A stretch of 63,260 nucleotides of DNA, the filler included, from an uncultured Methanosarcinales archaeon (GTDB lineage Archaea > Nanobdellota > Nanobdellia > Woesearchaeales > JACPBV01): NCBI GenBank assembly GCA_964492935.1. It is 4 parts of 4 records of this genome, joined end to end, with 100 filler letters (N's around TTAATTAATTAA, not from the genome) between each part and the next. Parts side by side here need not be neighbours in the genome. Positions count along the whole stretch, not along the records: positions 41,151 to 60,597 come from CAZBLF010000023.1; positions 60,698 to 63,260 come from CAZBLF010000049.1; 2 more parts are not named here. One strand, given 5' to 3'. Below are positions 57,530-63,260 of this stretch, one piece after another. A model generated the notes under the pieces. That model was not told the DNA's origin and made no database searches. It saw nothing but the letters and a program-made list of their open reading frames with translations. Positions within the stretch are counted from its first letter, which is position 1. Every line of letters begins with the position of its first letter. The position numbers and the translations under genes are program-made.

Positions 57530-58891
57530 ATGGCAGATCAATACGACGTTATCGTTATCGGCGGTGGAACAGCTGGACTCAAGATAGCTATGCACGCAGC
57601 TTCTAGCAAATTAAAGACAGCGATGATCGACCCAGGTGCATTAGGAGGAACCTGCCTCAATACCGGCTGCATCCCAAGCAAAGCAATGCTCCAGGCCTCA
57701 CACCTTTTTCATCAAACAAATAATCTAGAAGAATTCGGAATAACAGCTACAGCAAAGTTCGACTTTAAGAAAGTGCTAGCTCGCGCTCAAGGCATGGTCG
57801 ACTACGGCCAGAAATCTATCGAGATGAGTATTCGCAATCCTAATCTCACCACTATTCGCGAGCCAGCTGAATTCATTAACGACACAACCGTAAAAGCAGG
57901 AGACAAAGAACTAACAGCAAAAACCATCATCATCTCTACAGGAAGCAAAAACTTCATCCCACCCATCAAGGGATTAGATAACACTGACTACATCACCAAC
58001 GAAAACATACTCCAAACGAAGAAATTTCCAAAGAAGGTGGTCTGCATCGGCGGCGGCTACATAGCAATGGAGTATGCAACCTTCTTTAACGAACTAGGAG
58101 CACAAGTAACCGTACTAGAAAGATTACCAACTATCCTCGGCCTGATTGACGAGGATGTCTCCTCAACATTACACAAAGCCTACGAAGAAGAAGGAATGAC
58201 CATCAAAACAGGCATCAATATCATCGAAGTATCAAACAAGACCATCACCTTCAACGACCTAGCAGATAAAAACTCAAAACAAGAAACAATAAATGCAGAT
58301 GCAATCGTCGTTGCAACCGGCCGCATCCCAAACATAGAGGGATTGCAACTAGAAAAAGCAGGAATCAAACTCAATGACAAAAAAGGAATCAAAGTAAACG
58401 AACAATTCCAAACAACCAATAAAAACGTCTACGCCATCGGAGACGTGATTGGCGAAGCCTTATTTGCACATGCAGCATCACGAGAAGCACATATCATCAT
58501 CGACAACATCTTCAACAAAGCATCTCGCAAATTAAATTTCGATTTAATCCCCTGGGCAGTCTTTACCCATCCACCGATAGCAGGCATTGGACTATCAGAA
58601 AAAGAAGCACAAAAAAAGAAAGTAAACTACCGATTATTCAAAGCAAACTTCGCGAGAGCCGCAAAAACAAGAATAGAGAACGAATCAAGAGGCTTCATGA
58701 AAATCCTAACCGATAAAGCAGGAAAAATCCTCGGAGTAACGATGATGGGACTAAGAGCAGACGAATTAATCCATGAATACGTTGCCGTCATGAATTCAAC
58801 CTCTCCAACCATAGAAACCATTCAAAACACAATCCACGTGCATCCCACTATTGCTGAAGTAGCAGAGACATTAAGAGAAAAATCAAGGTGA
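57530..58891 (+). CDS. Pyridine nucleotide-disulfide oxidoreductase (dihydrolipoyl dehydrogenase/mercuric reductase-like)
   Basis: GGGTAG, GGTCLNTGCIPSK, GGGYIA.E, GD, HPT.AE. Confidence 0.92.
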   Translation: MADQYDVIVIGGGTAGLKIAMHAASSKLKTAMIDPGALGGTCLNTGCIPSKAMLQASHLFHQTNNLEEFGITATAKFDFKKVLARAQGMVDYGQKSIEMSIRNPNLTTIREPAEFINDTTVKAGDKELTAKTIIISTGSKNFIPPIKGLDNTDYITNENILQTKKFPKKVVCIGGGYIAMEYATFFNELGAQVTVLERLPTILGLIDEDVSSTLHKAYEEEGMTIKTGINIIEVSNKTITFNDLADKNSKQETINADAIVVATGRIPNIEGLQLEKAGIKLNDKKGIKVNEQFQTTNKNVYAIGDVIGEALFAHAASREAHIIIDNIFNKASRKLNFDLIPWAVFTHPPIAGIGLSEKEAQKKKVNYRLFKANFARAAKTRIENESRGFMKILTDKAGKILGVTMMGLRADELIHEYVAVMNSTSPTIETIQNTIHVHPTIAEVAETLREKSR

Positions 58892-58895
58892 TACC

Positions 58896-59639
58896 ATGTT
58901 AGACGAAAGAGAAAAAAAATTAGCCAAATTACTAGTAGAACATTCTATCAAAGTAAAAAAAGGCGACATCATCAAAATAAATTCTGGAGTAGAAGCAGCA
59001 ACCCTAGTCAACGAAATCTGCAGATTAATCCTAGAAAAAGGCGCCGCACCGAGAGTAAACGTAGATATGCCCGGTTTCGCCTACACCTACTACAANNNNN
59101 NNNNNNNNNNNNNNNNNNNNNNNNNNNNNNNNNNNNNNNNNNNNNNNNNNNNNNNNNNNNNNNNNNNNNNNNNNNNNNNNNNNNNNNNNNNNNNNAGAAA
59201 CATGCCCGATGGCGAAGTCTTCATAGCGCCCGTAGAAGACACCACAGAAGGCTTCATCGAGTACGATTTCCCCGCTATTTATGGAGGAAGAGAAGTAGAC
59301 GGCGTCAGATTAGAATTCAAGAAAGGCAAAGTCGTAAAGGCAACCGCAAAAAAGAATGAAAAGTTCCTCCACCAAATGATCGATATCGATGAGGGAGCAA
59401 GATTTCTAGGCGAGTTCGGCTGGGGCGACAATTTTGGTATAACAAAACACGTCAAGCAAATTCTCTTCGATGAAAAGATCGGCGGAACCATCCATCTAGC
59501 GCTAGGAATGGCCTACAAAGAAGGTGGCGGCGTAAATGACTCAGCATTACACTGGGACATGATTAAAGATCTAAGAAAAGAAGGAACCCTCTTCATCGAT
59601 GATAAACCAGTCATGAAGGACGGAAAGTTTCTGTTCTAA
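58896..59639 (+). CDS. M29 family aminopeptidase, interrupted by an internal N gap (59096-59195)
   Basis: [33 protein letters not shown]. Confidence 0.9.
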   Translation: MLDEREKKLAKLLVEHSIKVKKGDIIKINSGVEAATLVNEICRLILEKGAAPRVNVDMPGFAYTYYXXXXXXXXXXXXXXXXXXXXXXXXXXXXXXXXXXRNMPDGEVFIAPVEDTTEGFIEYDFPAIYGGREVDGVRLEFKKGKVVKATAKKNEKFLHQMIDIDEGARFLGEFGWGDNFGITKHVKQILFDEKIGGTIHLALGMAYKEGGGVNDSALHWDMIKDLRKEGTLFIDDKPVMKDGKFLF

Positions 59640-59675
59640 AAGAAAGCGAGTAGCATTGAGAATAAGTGGCGAAAA

Positions 59676-59939
59676 CTAAACCTTATTCTGTTTTGCTAGA
59701 TCGCCTTTGATTTGAAGAAGATGCATTAACTTCAAAGCCTTTAGTTCATCTGAAATACGTTCCATATCGCGTTTCAGTTCATAAATCAACTCATAGTTGT
59801 GTTGTACATTATCTGAGTTTTCTTCTACAATGGCGGAGGTGTCAGTTATCTGAGACACCTCCGAGCGGACCTGTTTAATCCAGGAATCCACATTTTCAGT
59901 AAATTGCGCCAAATCGTGTGTTTGTAGTGTTGCTTCCAT
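59676..59939 (-). CDS. Small coiled-coil hypothetical protein
   Basis: 87-aa ORF with GAGGCGA RBS-like sequence. Confidence 0.6.
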   Translation of the reverse strand: MEATLQTHDLAQFTENVDSWIKQVRSEVSQITDTSAIVEENSDNVQHNYELIYELKRDMERISDELKALKLMHLLQIKGDLAKQNKV

Positions 59940-60149
59940 CGGTATCGCCTCTTTGAAGGCTCGTCGGCCGAATTTCGACCAGTAGCCTTTATACTGATTT
60001 TTACAAACCAGTATACAAATATGTATATTAGTGATATATAAAGGTTTTGGTTATAATAGCAACTAGAATATAGCTGTTGGAGAATATAGGTTAAGTAAAT
60101 AATCACCTGATTGTTTAGTAAGTAAGCGATAGCCAAAACTGGTTTAGAG

Positions 60150-60597
60150 TCATCTTTGAGCATATGGCAAGACTGATCTGAAGTCATACAGAATTAGCAC
60201 TCGAAATCCATCGTCGTGTTTATGAGGATGCACTCTGGTACTCTGCACACCTTCATCGCTCAATACTCTAAGTCCATTTCCCCTATTGTCTTGACCTACG
60301 GCATGTTTCTTACTATCAATAGTAGCAGCAAGATCATCTTGAGAAAAATCAAATATTGTCCCCGGGTCATCAATTAAGGCGACGGCTCCGAATTCGCCAC
60401 CTATATACCTGAAAGTAACGTCACCGTGTTCGCCAAAATTCGATCCATGTTCGATCGCGTTCCGTAATGATTCGACTATGCTAGGGTAGCCAATACGATA
60501 GTGATATTCCATGGTGAGAAGAGATAGTTTATCGCGAATGTTCAGTTTAGCATCTGGTTCAACTGATTCCAACAACACCCCATATTCAGGTCCATCG
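60150..60597 (-). CDS. HATPase_c/anti-sigma-like ATP-binding domain protein, 5'-truncated
   Basis: E.LRNAIEHG, I.DPG..FD, RGNGL. Confidence 0.7.
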
Positions 60598-60697
60598 NNN
60601 NNNNNNNNNNNNNNNNNNNNNNNNNNNNNNNNNNNNNNNNNTTAATTAATTAANNNNNNNNNNNNNNNNNNNNNNNNNNNNNNNNNNNNNNNNNNNN
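60598..60697. other. Artificial contig-join spacer
   Basis: 100 nt of N containing TTAATTAATTAA. Confidence 0.95.
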
Positions 60698-60774
60698 GTT
60701 ATTTAGCGTTTATCACTCTGCTAAAGCAGAGTACGGAATTCTCCTTTAAATAGGGATATTCGTTAGTTGAGAGT

Positions 60775-61224
60775 ATGGCAGTCGTACCTCGACCAGGAAG
60801 GGTCATAGTTATAGAAGATGAACCAAGAATTAGAGAACTTGTCTCTGCCGTGGTGGGTATTGTTAATATGGATTCTTCTGCTTACGAAAATGGCCAGGAT
60901 GCGGTAGATGGGATATCTGAACATTTTCAGGAATTAGATGGAGTTGCTCCTGATATTGCGGTGATTCTATCAGATATTCAGATGCCAGTACTGGATGGAC
61001 CTTCCGCCGTTGAAGAAATTATTGGTCTTTATGGGCAGCACTATAATGGTAGCTATCTTCCCGAGATAAAATTTATGAGTGGGCAATATACTCCTGAGCA
61101 AGGTAAACAGGTATCTACTTTAACTGATCATCCTATCCTAGAGAAGCCTGTTAATGTATCTGATATCAAGAAAAATTTAACTGAAGCTCAGGAAGCATTC
61201 TACCAAAGAGTTAATTCTGACTAA
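60775..61224 (+). CDS. Stand-alone response regulator receiver domain
   Basis: VIEDE, SDIQMP.LDG, MSG, EKP. Confidence 0.88.
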   Translation: MAVVPRPGRVIVIEDEPRIRELVSAVVGIVNMDSSAYENGQDAVDGISEHFQELDGVAPDIAVILSDIQMPVLDGPSAVEEIIGLYGQHYNGSYLPEIKFMSGQYTPEQGKQVSTLTDHPILEKPVNVSDIKKNLTEAQEAFYQRVNSD

Positions 61225-61541
61225 TCATAATCGCGCCACGTATGTTTGCACTTGACACATTTTAGAAATTTAGTTTCTGGTTCGTCTGCTGCTCTCGTTT
61301 GGACGGTCCAGAAGTACGCTTTTTCATGACTGCAGTCGTCGCATTTTGCATCGATGACGGGTAGTGAGTCTAGGGTGTGGTCTTTCTCAATGACTTCGAT
61401 CTTTTTCTTGACACCGGTGACTTCTTCCTTTACGGTTAGAGAATCGTTATCTTTTGCGGAGTAGCCGCACGAACATTTTGCTATTGTTTTCTTTCCTTCT
61501 TTCTTGGGCAGCATTATGGAGCCGCATTTTGGACAAAACAT
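61221..61541 (-). CDS. tfs: Transcription factor S
   Basis: MFCPKCGS, QTRAADEPETKFLKC.KC..TWR. Confidence 0.96.
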   Translation of the reverse strand: MFCPKCGSIMLPKKEGKKTIAKCSCGYSAKDNDSLTVKEEVTGVKKKIEVIEKDHTLDSLPVIDAKCDDCSHEKAYFWTVQTRAADEPETKFLKCVKCKHTWRDYD

Positions 61542-61547
61542 GGGGTA

Positions 61548-62198
61548 TCACCTTATTAGTAGTTGTATGAGTTCGACAAACCAGATTTTGATGTAGCCGA
61601 GCAACGGTATTCGGATAAAGGCGTTGCCGAGCACCTGGTCTTCAGCGATGTTGTCTTCCTTTATCGGATGTTCGCTGATGACGCGCGCGTTGTGGTCGCC
61701 TTTGGTTGTGAAGTAATAGCCGTCCCGTATATCAATGACCCGATGAATGATGGGGTCTGGTCTGCCTGATTGGAAGACAATTACGTCGCCTATATTAATG
61801 TTTCGTGGCTTCTTACCTCGAAGAATCATGATGTCTCCTTTGTTGAATCCGTTGCTGAATGGGAAGTCTTTGAAGTCTTGTTCATTGATGACGGTATTTT
61901 GTTCGTACCATTCGCCACAGGTCTCCCAGAAGTCTGCGTTTTCTTTTTCTTCGAAAGAGACACCACAGTATTTGTAGTTTGATGTTGAATCTAATGTCAC
62001 TTTGTGTTCCATGGAACCGGAAACTACGGCTACGATGGGAAAGGCTGTTTGTAAGAGAAATCCTAGCGTGGGATAGACAATGAATTTTATTAATACGAAG
62101 GCGAGAACGATGTTGACGAGCCAGGATGCTGCGCTATCCTCTTCCCAGATGAACTTCCATGTTTTTCGAAGGTAATGCTTTATTTCGTCTTTTCGCAT
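61548..62198 (-). CDS. Signal peptidase I (archaeal/Sec11 type)
   Basis: VVSGSMEH, GD, PIIHRV, TKGDHN. Confidence 0.92.
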   Translation of the reverse strand: MRKDEIKHYLRKTWKFIWEEDSAASWLVNIVLAFVLIKFIVYPTLGFLLQTAFPIVAVVSGSMEHKVTLDSTSNYKYCGVSFEEKENADFWETCGEWYEQNTVINEQDFKDFPFSNGFNKGDIMILRGKKPRNINIGDVIVFQSGRPDPIIHRVIDIRDGYYFTTKGDHNARVISEHPIKEDNIAEDQVLGNAFIRIPLLGYIKIWFVELIQLLIR

Positions 62199-62363
62199 GG
62201 CTTGCTTTACTTTAGGTCACATAAAAAGGTATCGTTTATAGCAAAGGCAGCTAATTTTCGAAGATTACTCCTGCCTTTGCTTATTAGGAACGCAGACAAA
62301 TCTCTGATTATTTTCTGCCGTGACTATAGATACGTTTAAAAGTATATGGGTGAGTTTAGCTGT

Positions 62364-62675
62364 ATGGGAAACATACCAGACAGAAACCCGCAGTATTTTG
62401 AAGGAGTTTTACAGCTTCGCAATCCTACTGAGGAAGTTTTTCAAATGATCAAATCGCAGATGAAAAAGGACGGGAAGGTGTGGGTTGCTAAAGAGGTTCC
62501 TTTGAAGACTGGAGTAGATTTGTATCTCTCGTCTAACAAATTCTTGAAGATGATTGGGAAGAAATTGAAGAAAACGTTTCCTAAAGGTGAATTGAAGCTT
62601 TCTAAGAGTATTTTTACTCGTGATCATCAGACGAGTAAAGAAGTTTACAGGGGAACGGTTTGTTTTCGGTTGTAG
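62364..62675 (+). CDS. Small NMD3-related protein
   Basis: YFEGVLQLR, GVDLYLSS, D.QTSK.VYR.TV. Confidence 0.75.
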   Translation: MGNIPDRNPQYFEGVLQLRNPTEEVFQMIKSQMKKDGKVWVAKEVPLKTGVDLYLSSNKFLKMIGKKLKKTFPKGELKLSKSIFTRDHQTSKEVYRGTVCFRL

Positions 62676-62847
62676 AATTACTGCATAATTCCTTTTCCAT
62701 TCAGAACAACTGCTTTCTTATGAGGTTCATAATATTGCTTTCTTTTCTTAGCAATGTTTTCTTTATTAGCTTCACGATATTCTTTATTGTGTATTACTCA
62801 CATTTGAGTAGCGTAACATTTTTAAGTGGGTTGGCGTTTGTAGTGGT

Positions 62848-63260
62848 ATGCAGATGACGTTGCTTGAGTATATTGCTGAACGAGCTGGATTGTATGGTAG
62901 TTTGGAGACTTCTACAAGTGAAATTGCAAAGTATTTGGAAACGAGTCAGCAGACTATTAGTCGGAAATTGATCGAATTTGAGGGGCAGGGCATTATTGCT
63001 CGGCAGATTACGGGTAAGGGAGTTACTCTTAGTGTAGATGCTGCTGGACGGAAACTGTTGGAGGACAAATTTCAACTTCTGAGTTCTGTTTTCAAGTCGG
63101 GTTCGGTTGTGAATGGGACGTTGGTTACTGGGCTTGGTGAAGGTGCATACTATGTTGATCAGGCTGGATATCAAAAGCAGTTTCTTTCGAAATTGGGATT
63201 TAAAGCATTTCCCGGTACGCTTAACTTAACGATTTCTGAAAGTGAATTTGGAAAGATTGC
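62848..63260 (+). CDS. ribK: CTP-dependent riboflavin kinase (DUF120) with N-terminal wHTH, 3'-truncated; absent from ORF track
   Basis: Manual translation ...EIAKYLETSQQTISRKL...GTLVTGLGEGAYYV...LGFKAFPGTLNL. Confidence 0.9.
   Translation, partial: MQMTLLEYIAERAGLYGSLETSTSEIAKYLETSQQTISRKLIEFEGQGIIARQITGKGVTLSVDAAGRKLLEDKFQLLSSVFKSGSVVNGTLVTGLGEGAYYVDQAGYQKQFLSKLGFKAFPGTLNLTISESEFGKI

Noticed and set aside
57530..58891. Calling the reductase merA or lpdA
   Set aside because: No C-terminal Cys pair or mer genes and no dehydrogenase complex neighbours; only the family is supportable
60150..61224. HATPase protein and receiver domain as a two-component pair
   Set aside because: They are separated by an artificial contig join, so adjacency is unsupported
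62794..63174. 126-aa minus-strand ORF
   Set aside because: Antisense to the clear riboflavin kinase on the + strand

Overview
Archaeal genome fragment, most likely a DPANN (Woesearchaeota-like) MAG. The taxonomy is inferred from archaeal information genes: histone, aRF1, aIF5A, aIF5B, Rpo12, L37ae, L40e, S2, RadA/RadB, HerA/Mre11, TFS, Trm1 and CTP-dependent riboflavin kinase. The window is at least four contigs joined by artificial 100-nt N/TTAATTAATTAA spacers (20988-21087, 41051-41150, 60598-60697), so adjacency across these joins means nothing. The standout is an ~11.7 kb locus (24979-36633) lying between archaeal radB and rps2/radA on one contig. It encodes a complete biotin-dependent acyl-CoA carboxylase plus BirA, FabZ, two archaeal-type thiolases around a DUF35-DUF362 fusion, FabG, a PlsC-type acyltransferase and GpsA, with no ACP or ketosynthase. 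This suggests a chimeric, possibly ACP-independent fatty-acid and G3P ester-lipid pathway in an archaeon. Other notable features: a tRNA-Trp with two BHB-type introns (15/16 and 37/38) followed by a structured ~100-nt element; two MITE families with different termini that share a covarying structured core; a lipoprotein with ~33-aa helical repeats and a caspase-like His/Cys domain; an unannotated 22-aa CPFC micropeptide opposite a flavin disulfide reductase; and strong strand-dependent base skew.
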